64,000 nt of DNA from Eledone cirrhosa (GCA_964016885.1 OZ024751.1:25730001-25794000), one strand, 5' to 3'; shown: positions 1 through 13,963, counted from the first letter of the stretch. Program-made: numbers and translations. Notes: generated from the letters alone by a model not told the origin.

Positions 1-360
1 GCCTTGTTTTTGTCAGCTGACTCTGTAACAATACCGTCACAACATATCCAGTTCCTCAGTGAATTAACAACCAAACAAGGAACTGGGCATATCAGAGTAT
101 TTTACAATATTATACACCTAAACAACATATGTACTTGTCTATACCACACTAATTCAAACTGCCTGAAGAGGTCACAGCCCAAGATGGCTGTCACTGAGAT
201 ATATATAGCAGTAATAAACGAAGCTAAATTTTAATCATTTGACTTTTATTTAACTTTATTTTACATTACTCCGGAGTAACCAAACCAACCTGCGCAATTC
301 GTCGAGTGCGCCAGCCTGCATACTGAGGTGTTGGTATACAACCAACATAAACTCAAAATA
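1..360 (+). mobile_element. Penelope-like element 3' end (family B) with hammerhead motif, ending in (TA)n
   Basis: Similar to 32014-32230 and to the reverse complement of 54491-54716; contains the hammerhead motif at 158-212. Confidence 0.7.
158..212 (+). ncRNA. Minimal type I hammerhead motif, GAAA mutated to GAGA
   Basis: ACTGC-CTGAAGA-GGTCACAGCC/GGCTGTCACT-GAGA-TATATA-TA-GCAGT; stem I ACTGC/GCAGT, palindromic stem III. Confidence 0.7.
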
Positions 361-380
361 TATATATATATATATATATA

Positions 381-576
381 GGAACCAGTAAGACCCCGAC
401 AGCTGAGCTCAAGCCGTTTCGACGGCTAATTCTGGACTCATTCCAGAATTAGCCGTCGAAACGGCTTGAGCTCAGCTGTCGGGGTCTTACTGGTTCCTAT
501 TACCCACTCTACTACCCCAAGTATTGAGTACTTTGGTGCGTTATGGTCCACCTGGTTCCTTACCACTTTTCCTTCG

Positions 577-577
<1 letters not shown>
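381..577 (+). mobile_element. Family A fold-back element in (TA)n with half-hammerhead
   Basis: Inverted arms 381-436/442-497 plus 80-bp tail; GAAACGGC-TTGAGCTCA-GCTG-TC at 458-480. Confidence 0.85.
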
Positions 578-636
<59 letters not shown>

Positions 637-684
637 TTGTGTGTATCTATATACTTATATATCTATATGTATAATATATATGCA

Positions 685-823
685 TGTATATTTAGGGTAA
701 TTATCGACGGTGAATAGACTCGTTGGAGGAATATCGATCTTTATATGAATATATATATGTGTAGACAAGACCACTATTGCTTCAACCAATCTATTCACCA
801 TCGATAACGACCCTAAATATACA
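685..823. repeat. Degenerate inverted repeat (fold-back)
   Basis: TGTATATTTAGGGTAATTATCGACGGTGAATAGA pairs imperfectly with TCTATTCACCATCGATAACGACCCTAAATATACA. Confidence 0.65.
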
Positions 824-843
824 TATACTACACATACATACTT

Positions 844-1250
<407 letters not shown>

Positions 1251-1612
1251 TGAGAGAGAGAGAGAAAGAGAGAGAGAGAGGGAGAGAGAGGGAGAGAGAG
1301 AGAGAGAGAACAAATGGAAGTAAATAATTCAATAGTGAGGTGGCAAAACTTTAACAAAATTCATCAGAGCAATCGATAAGAGTTCAATATGATCAGTGAC
1401 TTAACTATCAACAAATCATCCAATAAAGATATCAAAGTCATCGATATATCCCACAAATTAATTTTGGTCATCAACAAAAAATTAGTACAGATAATATTAA
1501 AAACAATTGATAATTGAATCAGTCAGTAAGTATATATGTATATATATATATATATATGCGTGTGTATATATATATGTATATATATATGTGTGTGTGTGTT
1601 TTTCGGTGTGTA

Positions 1613-1708
<96 letters not shown>

Positions 1709-1710
<2 letters not shown>

Positions 1711-1917
1711 AACGAGTAGGACCCCGACGGCTGAACTCAAGCCGTTTCGACGGATAATTCTGGACACAAGAGTCCACTGCGGTCCAGAATTAGCTGTCGA
1801 AACGGCTTGAGCTCAGCCGTCGGGTTCCTACTCGTTCCTATTACCCACTCTACTACCCTAAGTATTGAGTACTTTGGTGCGTTATGTTCCACCTGGTTCC
1901 TTACCACATTTCCTTCG

Positions 1918-1918
<1 letters not shown>
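1709..1918 (+). mobile_element. Family A fold-back element
   Basis: Same arms and tail; longer apex ACAAGAGTCCACTGCG; flanked by (TA)n. Confidence 0.85.
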
Positions 1919-2006
<88 letters not shown>

Positions 2007-2185
2007 TACAGTATTTTCCGTTGTATTGTAATATAAATATCACACACAGTAGATTGACAGCTCACGTAGAGTTTGCTCGACGGTTCCAGTTGTAGTTCCA
2101 AAAGTAATCCGGAGAAAAATAGAAAGATTTGAATGGATACAAATCTTTATATATATACATATATATATAGAAGAAAGAGGAAAGG

Positions 2186-2187
<2 letters not shown>

Positions 2188-2243
<56 letters not shown>

Positions 2244-2244
2244 T

Positions 2245-2307
<63 letters not shown>

Positions 2308-2308
2308 C

Positions 2309-2351
<43 letters not shown>

Positions 2352-2378
2352 GTGTGTGTGTGTGTGTGTGCGTGTGTG

Positions 2379-2409
<31 letters not shown>

Positions 2410-2450
2410 CTTTGTGTGTGTGTGTGTGTGTGTGTGCGTGTGTGTGTGTG

Positions 2451-2502
<52 letters not shown>

Positions 2503-2580
2503 CGTGTGTGTGTGTGTGTGCGTGTGCGTGTGTGTGTGTGTGTGTTTGTGTGTAAGTATGTGTGTGTGTGTGTGTGTGCG

Positions 2581-2650
<70 letters not shown>
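2188..2650. repeat. (TG)n microsatellite
   Basis: Interrupted TG run. Confidence 0.95.
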
Positions 2651-2651
<1 letters not shown>

Positions 2652-3279
2652 CTGATTAGGGAACGCAGCTTATCGAATAGAAGGAACACAGCTTCGGTTG
2701 TTTGCTCACTCACTCAATAAATTTATTAGGAACCAACTTATTAGAGTGCACACTTAAACCTTAATAAGTGAGGATGAGGACTTGGACCGATGTACCTGTT
2801 TCTAAGATACAGATTTGCCAGCAGATGTCCCACTGGTACCAGCATGTGCAGAAATTAGGTAATGTCAGTATACATTGCGTAATTATTCAGGAACCGAAAC
2901 GTCAGCCGAAGTTCGCCTTCCTCGACTGGAAAGTTCCTTATGGCTAGATAGTAAATCAGGTTTGTGGACATAAGTGATGTAGTAGTGACCCTTAATATTT
3001 CTGTGACGCGTTACGACACATCAAAGGGGAGGTAAGCCAGGCCTGACCATTCTACAGGGAACACATGCTGGCGTTGATTCAAATCGAAATCATTACCATG
3101 CCAAAAGCACTCAACCAGAGAGATTTCGTAGAGAAAACGAATACGGAGTAGGAAACAGAGAAAATCCAACTTACAATTTTAATGCAGTTTAGTCTCTTAG
3201 GAGTTAGAAATGATTATGGAACAAAGCTTATCAAATAGAATCGACACCACACACAGACACACACACACAGACACACACA

Positions 3280-3374
<95 letters not shown>

Positions 3375-3451
3375 ATATATATATATATAAAGACTAGGAG
3401 CTCCCTACAAAAATTAATACCAGAAAATTATATCTGATATATATATATATA

Positions 3452-3485
<34 letters not shown>

Positions 3486-3618
3486 ACAAATGTAATCTGT
3501 GGTTTTCGAATATTAATGATAATATTTGACACGTCTGCAATTATGTAAACAGCCTCTTCAAAGCCATGTCAGTTGAATGAGCCTATAATTCTTGCTCTTG
3601 TGTTGGCATCTAAACAAA

Positions 3619-3665
3619 ACTGCAGACCCTAATGGGTCTGTGTAGTTACCCTTCATCAGTGCAGT
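3619..3665 (-). ncRNA. Degenerate type I hammerhead motif
   Basis: Minus strand ACTGCA-CTGATGA-AGGGTAACTACAC-AGA-CCC-ATTA-GGG-TC-TGCAGT; stems I and III and GUC intact, GAAA lost. Confidence 0.55.
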
Positions 3666-3796
3666 ATCTTGCTTACCCGCCAACTGTCTGAGCTAGTGAA
3701 AATATATGATATTTTCTGAAATATAGAGTGACTGATCGGTTTGATTCACATATTAGCAGACCCACTGATCAGCCATGTAGAGCAATAAACTATTTG

Positions 3797-3864
<68 letters not shown>

Positions 3865-3887
3865 TTATTTATTTATTTATTTATTCA

Positions 3888-5030
3888 TTAAAATAACAGG
3901 TTAAAGTTTAAACAAAGAATCGCTGCTTTCACCCTTAATGAGATCTTCTGAAACTAGAAAAAATCAATCTGTGAACGCAGAAGTAAATATTTCGAAAGAC
4001 GTTGCAACCGAAGTAAAACAGGAAGACGATACTTTGGTTCGTTGGACAGTGTTGTCTTTAACAAATATGGATAGCTCATTGATGGAATGTCGTTGCCTCT
4101 GATTCTATATCTGTTGACATGAATTTAAAAGTGTTGGTCTGGGTTCGAGCGCACTGTATCTTATTTGAAGTGAAACGGAAGGAATGGATAAATGAATATT
4201 CGATGAGAAATATGAGTTTCAATCTATCCAACATGACCTCATGCCACTCTCATCTCTGATGTTCTTTGACATCTATTAGGCAGAGGTCACTGCATATATC
4301 TTGTGGTAGCCAGTGCATAATAAGTGCAGGATCTAATCAGAATATTGCATTTGACAAAATTTGATGATATAGGAATAAATATAAATGTTGAAATATTAAT
4401 ATTCATGTTAGAAATTATTTCTAAATTAAACATGAATACAATGCTTAGCAGAAAGAGGTTAGTGGGGGAGGCTGGGTTACATGTGGGGAGGTTTAGGATG
4501 TACAGAGAGGGGGGTTATAGGTCAGAGGGGCGTGATGCGTGTGCTCTTGACCTCTTTGGAAGGAATTTAAGAGCAGTGGATGAGAGATTAGTGACATCAA
4601 CCGATAATGAATAATTTGAAGCGTGCCATGTAAATGTTGTCTAATATGATGACATGTGGTGATGTGAGGGCAATTAGAGGTGAGGGAGCAGTTACAAGGT
4701 ACAATAGGAAGCTAGTTGTTGTTGTTAAGGTGAGGGAGCAGCTACAAGGTACAATAGGAAGCTAGTTGTTGTTGTTGTTTATTTAGTTGTTAATTATTCT
4801 GGGTTGTTTGATAATTGAAAAAAAATAATTATTTAACTTTGATTTGTATTAGTGTTATACTCTCGAATCTTATTAGAATGGATTCTTGCATTGTTTTAAT
4901 ATATTCTAAGCACCTATTATTCTCATGGTCTAGTAGTTGGACACAAGATCATAATGTGAATTTGACACAGGATGGTGTGGTATGTCCTTATACAAGACAC
5001 ACCATTTCACATAGATCCACTTCACACAGC
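3888..5030 (-). mobile_element. Highly decayed PLE 3' region (possibly Neptune-like) ending in a family E hammerhead
   Basis: Minus-strand remnants such as LHLLCTGYHKIY, KNIRD, IFIYPF and SIIKQPR resemble PLE linker/GIY-YIG segments; hammerhead variant at 3905-3955 next to (TA)n. Confidence 0.4.
3905..3955 (-). ncRNA. Hammerhead-like motif with CAGAAGA core (family E)
   Basis: AGTTT-CAGAAGA-TCTC-ATTAA-GGGT-GAAA-GCAGCGATTCTTTGT-TT-AAACT; second copy at 20804-20854. Confidence 0.55.
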
Positions 5031-5855
5031 TGAAATTGAGTATTAGAAGTAGCTGGGGTTTAAAGCCATAATAAAGTACAGGTGGTGAAATGTACTACTC
5101 ACAGTCGCTTAATACCATGTTAAACCAGGATAAACTCTGGCCTATGTCCAGCGCTTGCCAACGTGAACCAATAGAACGGACCTAAGAAAGGATGTATGAA
5201 GGTTGACACTCTCCCTACAAGGAGTTTTTCTATACTCTAGCTTCGTAATGACGAAGTTAATCATAGCTGATCGAAGTTCTTTTTTAAGTCCCTCTATAAC
5301 ATATGTGAGACAAGAAAACAACCCTCAGATATTTTTTCCCTGATATTTTGTGAAATTTCATAGAATATTCGCAGGTTGCAGGCGACGAAATATCACATGA
5401 TGCAGGTGAGGAACGGCAAAGAGGGAGATTGAATCAGGAAAGACAGACAGACAAACAGTCGGAGAGAGGGACAATAGCAGACTGATTGAGAGTCAATCGG
5501 GGAGAAGTTAAAAGCGATAGAGGTTACGTTGCGTAAAGCTGAAAGCTAATTACAGTAACCTCAAAATAAAGTAATTAGTTGCGAGGTTCCTCTTGATTAA
5601 TCTTATATAAAAATTAACATATGTCGTCATTAGAGATGACCGTCAGATACGATATTTTGTGGAAGTATCTGGAAAATGTTCTAAATCCGTATAGTGGAAT
5701 ATATAAAAACCGGCATCTGAAGTGTTAGTAAGATGTACTAGTAGTAGGATGTGTTAGTAGCATGGTTACTAGTATATAACCTATTTACTAGTGATACCCA
5801 CCCCATTAATTACATACACCACCCAATATTATGATTATTATTACCATTATTTATC

Positions 5856-6823
5856 GCCGAGGTTGACTTTGCCTTTCATCCTTACGGGGTCGATAAAATA
5901 AAGTACCAGTAATGCACTGGGTAATTGCTGGCCTTGTGCCTAAAGTAGAAACAATTATTACCATTATTTATCATGGCGGATTGGCAGTATCGGTAGAGGG
6001 TCGGACGCCATGCTTTGCAGCATAGTTATGTCCCTTTACGGACTGAGTTCAAACCCCGCCGAGGTTAACTTTGCCTTTCATCCTTACAGGGTCGATAAAA
6101 TAAAGTACCAGTAATACACTGGGGTAATTGCTGGCCTTGTGCCAAAAAGTAGAAACAATGATTAAGAATCATTTGAACGTCGTACAAAATCTCTTGTAGT
6201 ATTTATTCCGGATCTTTTGGTCTCAGTTCAAATCCCGCTGAAATCAACGTCGCTTTCTATATACTTGCAGGTCAATAAATTAAAATTAAAATACCAGCCA
6301 ACTACTGGGAACGGCATGATAGACTTTCTCTGCTCACACAAATATGTGGCTTTGTGCCTATTTTAAAAACTATTATTAGGTTGGTGGACTGGCAGTATCG
6401 GTAGAGGGTCGGACTCCATGCTTTGCATCATAGAGTTACGGCCCTTTATGTTCTGAGTTCAAATCCCGCTGAGGTTAACTTTGCCTTTCATCCTTACGGG
6501 GGTCGATAAAATAAAGTACCAATCACGCACTGGGGTCGATTTAATCGACTTCCCCCTCCCCCAAAATTGCTGGCCTTGTGTCTATATAAGAAACCATCAT
6601 AATCATAGGGTGATGGATTGGCAGTATCGGTAGACCATCGGACAACACGTTTCGCGGCATTGGATTACGGCCCTTTACGTTCTGAGTTCAAATCCCACAG
6701 AGGTTAGCTTTGCTTTTCATCCTAACGGGGTCGATAAAATAAAGTACCAGTAATACGCTGGCGTCGGTTTAATGGACTTTCCCCTCCTCTAAAATTGCTG
6801 GTCTTGTGCCTACATAAGAAACC
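5856..6823 (+). mobile_element. Head-to-tail cluster of five tRNA-derived SINEs (5856-5953, 5974-6158, ~6170-6370, 6379-6595, 6608-6823)
   Basis: A box TGGCAGTATCGG, B box GAGTTCAAATCC, core GCCTTTCATCCTTACGGGGTCGATAAAATAAAGTACCAG; first copy has TSD ATTATTACCATTATTTATC (5837-5855/5954-5972). Confidence 0.9.
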
Positions 6824-7311
6824 ATTATAAATATGATCACATAACACTGCGACAATTATTACTGTTGGTGTCTTTTCTTTAGGTGTGTCGTTAACAGAGT
6901 TATCCTCAGTACAAGATATCGAACCACGAAGACATTAGATGTCTCTAATTTTATTACACCTGATTGCTTGTCTGATTGATGGAGTATCTCTTAATGAAGA
7001 CAGGGGCTTTAAAATGTGTTTAGCAATATTCTTGTTTAGTTTTCTTTCGTTTTTCGTTTTGTTGCTGTGGTTTGTTTTGTTTTTTCACACAGTTATTTGG
7101 ATCTAAATTAAGTACCCAACTCCCGTCGGTATTTCATATGCTTAACAAACACAGTTATATGGAGGAATTAGTTACACGGAAAATATACTGCCTGACAGAT
7201 TTATTCACACATATCCAGAATATGACACATATCTACACAATTTATGTCAGATATTCTTCATGCATCTGATATTAGTTTTGAGTGTAAAAAAAGGTTTAAA
7301 TACTGACATTG

Positions 7312-7595
<284 letters not shown>

Positions 7596-8113
7596 TTTTA
7601 AATGCACCATTTATATTAGGTATTTATGGATATGATATTAATTAGTAGCGGAAAATATATTTAACGCTTCCTTTCGTTTCCATATTTCTAATAAAAAAAA
7701 ATATGTCTGCCCATGACATTCAAGTAATATTTCAAATAATCAATGGAGGGATTTAGTAACTAAATTTTAATTTATTAGACTGGTGTTCGGAACACAATAA
7801 AGATTCTTACATAAAATTCTGTCCTAAGAAAGAGCCCTCTTCCTTTCCTTCTTCCTCTCACTCCCCGCTCTTCCATTCCCCTTGTTGCTCCTCCTCTTTC
7901 TTTCTCCCTTCGCCTAGCCGCCACTCATATACGTCACTTCCACTTATAGAGCCATGGTTATAGGGACTCGAAGCCGACTGGATGCTCTTCAATCTTCTCT
8001 CTCTCTGACCTGTCTGTCTGCCTATCAATCTATTAGTTTCTCCCACAAACATTACACCAACAGAAATATTTATTTCTCCGTTGTTACGAGCCGACTATCT
8101 TGTGTGGTATCTC

Positions 8114-8159
8114 TGTATTGTCCCCTTTCTTGTTGCACCCTTGTGGCTAATAAAGAAAT
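8114..8159 (+). mobile_element. 46-bp LINE 3' tip (Tx1-like) with 19-bp TSD
   Basis: TSD CTATCTT(G/A)TGTGGTATCTC at 8095-8113/8160-8178; insert resembles the 3' end at 49768-49820. Confidence 0.65.
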
Positions 8160-8361
8160 CTATCTTATGTGGTATCTCCCAAGGATTTTAGAGAAATATA
8201 AACATTTTCAAATAAACAGTTTTCTATCATAGAAACAATGGTGGTTTCTGGTGGTTTGGTATCAAAAGAGGGAAATACAGACATCATATTTAAGAGACGT
8301 ACGTTGACCGCCTCTCCCACGCATAGCTACATAGTTTCTATTAGATATTCGTGACCATAAT

Positions 8362-8477
8362 TGTTTCTACTTTAGGCACAAGGCCAGCAATTACCCAGTG
8401 CATTACTGGTACTTTATTTTATCGACCCCGTAAGGATGAAAGGCAAAGTCAACCTCGGCGGGATTTGAACTCAGAAC
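8362..8477 (-). mobile_element. 5'-truncated tRNA-SINE with 21-bp TSD
   Basis: TSD TTAGATAT(T/C)CGTGACCATAAT at 8341-8361/8478-8498. Confidence 0.9.
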
Positions 8478-8766
8478 TTAGATATCCGTGACCATAATAT
8501 TAGTTTTTAAGGTGAAATATGTTTAAAAACTGATAGAATATGCGAATGAGAGGTGTAAAGGCGCATTTTTCAGGTCTTAATATCTTGGGATCAACTTTCA
8601 GTCTGGATGGTAGCTTATATCCTCAGGTGAGGCATTTTATTTGATGTTGCTTCGGTTCACTTAGATTAAAATGTGCACCAGCAGCAGTTTAATGTAATGA
8701 AAGCTACGGGCAGATGGACCCCCAGGATTACGACAGTCTAATTAAGAATGTGACATACATTGGAGG

Positions 8767-8782
8767 ACACACACACACACAT

Positions 8783-8835
<53 letters not shown>

Positions 8836-8862
8836 TATATATACACACACACACAAACACAC

Positions 8863-8895
<33 letters not shown>

Positions 8896-9174
8896 TGCAC
8901 ATACACACACATATATATATACACACACACATATATATATATATACATACACACAAACACACATATATATATACACACACACACAAACACACATATATAT
9001 ATATACACACACACACACACACGCACATACACACACATATATATACACACACACACATATATATATACACACACACACAAACACACATATATATATACAC
9101 ACACACACGCGCACATACACACACATATATATATACACACACACATATATATATATATACATACACACAAACAC

Positions 9175-9229
<55 letters not shown>

Positions 9230-9303
9230 CACACACACATAAACACATATATAAATATACACACACACGCACATACACACACACATACACATATATATAT
9301 ATA
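8767..9303. repeat. Compound (CA)n/(TA)n microsatellite
   Basis: Direct inspection. Confidence 0.9.
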
Positions 9304-9315
9304 GTTTTAATATAG

Positions 9316-9372
9316 ATGAGATTCTACAGGACTAGAACTGTTTCATTCTTTAGAAATCATCAGGAATCTCAT
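9316..9372 (-). ncRNA. Stand-alone type I hammerhead motif between (TA)n tracts
   Basis: ATGAGATTC-CTGATGA-TTTCTAAAGAAT-GAAA-CAG-TTCTAGTC-CTG-TA-GAATCTCAT; 9-bp stem I, GUA triplet. Confidence 0.75.
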
Positions 9373-9695
9373 ATATATATATAGAAGAGTTAAACAAAAT
9401 TCAATGAGTATATCAAAGAATGAGTTTTACAGTTGATTGGAAGCACTCTACGAGAAAATAATTTTCCAGAGTTATTAATATTAGAATATAAATAACAATA
9501 AAATAGATGTTCTTTTGATCAATTACATTTTATTATACATATTTCGGATGTACAACAGTACGTCCTCATCGGACAAAATATAATGATACATGACATACCC
9601 TGAGATGTTAAATGGTTAAGATTTAATTAAGGTAGTGATTAAATCTTAACCATTTAACATCTCAGGGTATGTCATGTATCATTATATTTTGTCTG

Positions 9696-9879
9696 GGCGG
9701 TGGATTGGCAGTATCAGTAGAGGGTCGGACGCCATGCTTTCCAGCATAGTTCCGTCCCTTTACGATCTGAGTTCAAATCCCGCCGAGGTTGACTTTGCCT
9801 TTCATCCTTACGGGGTCGATAAAATAAAGTACCAGTAATGCCCTGGGTAATTGCTGGCCTTGTGCCTAAAGTAGAAACA
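9696..9879 (+). mobile_element. Full-length tRNA-SINE with 15-bp TSD
   Basis: TSD ATTATATTTTGTCTG at 9681-9695/9880-9894; A and B boxes present. Confidence 0.92.
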
Positions 9880-9884
9880 ATTAT

Positions 9885-9937
9885 ATTTTGTCTGATGAGG
9901 ACGTACTGTTGTACATCCGAAATATGTATAATAAAAT
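9885..9937 (+). ncRNA. Minimal type I hammerhead, intact core
   Basis: ATTTTGT-CTGATGA-GGACGTAC-TGTT-GTACATCC-GAAA-TATGTA-TA-ATAAAAT. Confidence 0.8.
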
Positions 9938-10124
9938 GTAATTGATCAAAAGAACATCTATTTTATTAATATTTATATTCTAATATATATATATAATAAA
10001 AGGGACGAGGTTTTAAATCTTCATTACATTTATTGAGGTGTAACGCGCGTTTCGCGATTGATCAGCTCAAGGTTCGATCTGCATCGATAGGACTCCACTC
10101 TGGAATCAAATTTTCGTCGCTTGT

Positions 10125-10260
10125 ATTCGCTATTGTATTCTTTCGGTCATTATACAAGATTCATGACTTTGGGTAATGGTTGGCACGAATACCGAATTGA
10201 AGATAGCGAGTTTGTCTCTTACACCCACCTCCCTTCTTTTGATGACTGAATGATGAAGCT
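10125..10260 (-). mobile_element. RTE-clade LINE fragment
   Basis: KLAIFNSVFVPTITQSHESCIMTERI, homologous to the start of 15030-15495. Confidence 0.65.
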
Positions 10261-10804
10261 GGCACTTTACTTGAACTTCTCTACCTGCTTCAGTAGAAAT
10301 CCATTCACATACAGAGTGCACTGCGCAAGTTTCTTTGAGAAAACCAGTTTTTCAGTCTATGCATCACTTAGCATCAAATCTAAAATGTCCATGTTGAATA
10401 TGTAACAGCGCATTGTTTACACACTACATATATATATACGACGTTAATATGCATAAGGTAAGTATATACGTTCAACAATCTGGCGGGAAGGTATACGTTG
10501 CTGGCGATAGCTAATAAGCTTGAAACTAGTACAGCGTTTTTTTTTTGTCAGTGTTGAACAAACGAGCAACGATGGTTGCTGGACACTACGGCTTAATACG
10601 GGATGTTTGTTTACAAACACACCGAGGATTATAATAAATGTTCGGTGAATCCATACGTACATATATATATATGTGTGTGCATGTATGTATATATATATAC
10701 ATACTACTGTACGTCTGTATACATATATGTATGTACGTGTACATACTTATATTTAAGTAACAGCCGTACTAAGAGTGGGAAATGAAATTTAGTTTCATTT
10801 TTCC

Positions 10805-10838
<34 letters not shown>

Positions 10839-11247
10839 TCTCCAGTTACTACCAAGACATTCCTATTTCTTCTTCTTCTCATGTTGTGTCCAGATCCCAG
10901 ACCCCAGGGTCACCAGGCGCTACATAAGCTACTACAACCAGTTCTAACTAGCCAGAAATCGGCCCAATACTTTACACCAATGGTGTAGATGCTCGTAAAT
11001 TCCGCATTCCCCGGCGACAATGACCTTAAGCCTTGTCATGCATCTCGGTCGTGTTTTAAAGCTCATAGACCTATCTATATCAGCTGATGTATCGATATTA
11101 ATGTATGTGCCTATTAATCTTCTCTAGCGAAAAGACTATTTAATAGTTGGAGAGTTGACATTAGATATTGCTAGCTATTTCAATAGTTTGGAGTATAAAA
11201 TACATTCCAATATGTTAAGAAATCGGTTCTCACTCCACCCCATACAT

Positions 11248-11330
11248 ATCTCTCTCTCCCTCTCTCTCTCTCTCTCTTTATCTCACTTTCTCTTTCTCTC
11301 TCTTATCCCTATCTCTCTTTCTTTATCTCG

Positions 11331-11379
<49 letters not shown>

Positions 11380-11561
11380 TTCTCTCTTTCTTTATCTCGC
11401 TTTCTCTCTCTCTCTCTCTCTTCTCTCTCTCTTCTCTCTCTCTCTCTTCTCTCTCTCTCTTTCTTTATCTCACTTTCTCTCTCTCTCTCTCTCTTCTCTC
11501 TCCCTCTTTCTTTAACTCACTTTCTCTTCCTCTCTCTTATCCCTATCTCTCTTTCTTTATC

Positions 11562-11625
<64 letters not shown>

Positions 11626-11628
11626 TTT
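11248..11628. repeat. (CT)n-rich microsatellite
   Basis: Direct inspection. Confidence 0.9.
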
Positions 11629-12060
11629 TACTAAGTAAAATGGTCGTTTACGCTAGTATTCAACAATTCCAAACTTCTTACTCCAGGTAATTCAATATTT
11701 ATACAAAAGTCACGAGCATTTGTATTTTTTAAGTTTTTCATTTGAAACGAAATAATTATTACGTGAACAAACAAAACAACATAAATTGCATAATTGAATT
11801 TTGGTTTGTTTCAAACGAATTTTGTCAGCAATTATATAAGTATGTGTGTGCGGGAGAGTGAAGTAACAAACTTTCACATTAAAATGTTGTTTTTTTTTAT
11901 TAAACACGGTACGTGACATAAGTTTCGCATGATCGGCTCAATGTTGAATCGATATGATAGGACGGAATACAGTAGCGGTCTACCCCATCAGATATGAATA
12001 TTTAAATCAAAACTGTTCCAACTCAGACACATCTAGGGGGATCAACAAACACTAAATAAC

Positions 12061-12097
<37 letters not shown>

Positions 12098-12131
12098 CAC
12101 ACGCACACATGTACATGTACATATATATATA

Positions 12132-12207
12132 CAAGGTGTCCCAAAAATGTATATATACTTTTATTAGAATGGTATTGTATTGTGTATAGATATTTTGGGA
12201 CACCATA
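12132..12207. mobile_element. Tiny Tc1/mariner-type MITE
   Basis: TIRs GGTGTCCCAAAA/TTTTGGGACACC in TA context. Confidence 0.65.
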
Positions 12208-12465
12208 TAAATATATCCATATACATATATATGCATATATATATATATATGTGTGTGTATGTGTGTGGGGGGGGGGGGTGCGTGTTTATTAAAATACCAG
12301 ATTAAAGTTTAAGCAAAGAATCGCTATATATTATATATATATATATATATATATTGGTAAACGGAAAAGAAAATGCTGACAAATTGTTCACAGTGAAAAA
12401 TAGTTTAATTAGGAATAAGTGAGAATTAGTAATAGTATTGCTTAGTATTCAGTTTTTGGTTTTAA

Positions 12466-12503
12466 GTTTTACCGGTTGCGCATTTCTAATGCTTTTCAAA
12501 AAC
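12466..12503 (-). ncRNA. Hammerhead variant with U3-A8 core, GAAA to GCAA (family F)
   Basis: GTTT-TTGAAAA-GCAT-TAGAA-ATGC-GCAA-CCGG-TA-AAAC within a (TA)n-flanked insert at ~12355-12712. Confidence 0.55.
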
Positions 12504-12712
12504 AATTTTGAGAGAGAGCGTCCGTGATGTTTGCTCTAACGAATTTGAAAATAGGTAGTAACATGTGCTTACACCGTATTTGACTAAGTAAAATTAGTCT
12601 GTTAGTTGGGATTTTAAAAAATCCTCTGAATAGAAAAAAGGAGGAGTATTAACGTACATGTGGCACGAACACGAACCCAAATCTAGATTCTTAATTAAAG
12701 CTTTTAATTAAT

Positions 12713-12743
<31 letters not shown>

Positions 12744-13184
12744 AAGTATGTGTGTGTATATATGTGTGTGTGCAATGGATGAATCCACGATGTATATAAG
12801 AAGGTGACTGCAATTAAGAAGGTTACCCACTGTGTCAGTAGAGTATAGACATGTTCATTTTATATAGAAATGTCCTCAATAGACATTTTCAGATAAAATA
12901 ATTTGCTAAACAAAGAACATACCGCGCCGTTACTAAATAATATTTATATAATTACAAAAACAACATTGGTTGGTAGCAGATATAGATGTATTTTATTTTG
13001 GCTCGTGATTTAGAATGATTAGACATACTTTAGAATGAGGCCATCTCTCAAGAGGAATTGAAGCAATTAACTTCGGTTAAAATATGTTACGTTATTGCGT
13101 TAGAAAAAATATTATATGCTTTATATTTTGTAGCTACATTAGTATATATGTATGTAATGTATGTATACACACATCCACACAGAC

Positions 13185-13594
<410 letters not shown>

Positions 13595-13703
13595 TATATA
13601 TATGTGTGTGTGTGTGAGTGTGTGTATGTGTATACATATATATACATATGTATATATATATATGTGTATGTGTGCGTGTGTGTGTACATATATATACATA
13701 TGT

Positions 13704-13763
<60 letters not shown>

Positions 13764-13776
13764 ATGTATATATATG

Positions 13777-13822
<46 letters not shown>

Positions 13823-13881
13823 CATATATATATACATGCATATATATATGTGTGTGTGTGTGGGTGAGTGTGTATACAAAT

Positions 13882-13893
13882 AACTAGTGAATA

Positions 13894-13963
<70 letters not shown>

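Larger units (their letters stand above)
9385..9985 (-). mobile_element. Family C fold-back element with two opposed hammerheads, interrupted by a SINE
   Basis: Tail 9385-9472; arms ~9473-9626 and ~9639-9985; motifs at 9527-9579 (-, CCGATGA) and 9885-9937 (+, CTGATGA). Confidence 0.85.

Noticed and set aside
5974-6060. tRNA-like A/B boxes
   Set aside because: They continue into the SINE core in many diverged copies, so they are SINE heads rather than tRNA genes.
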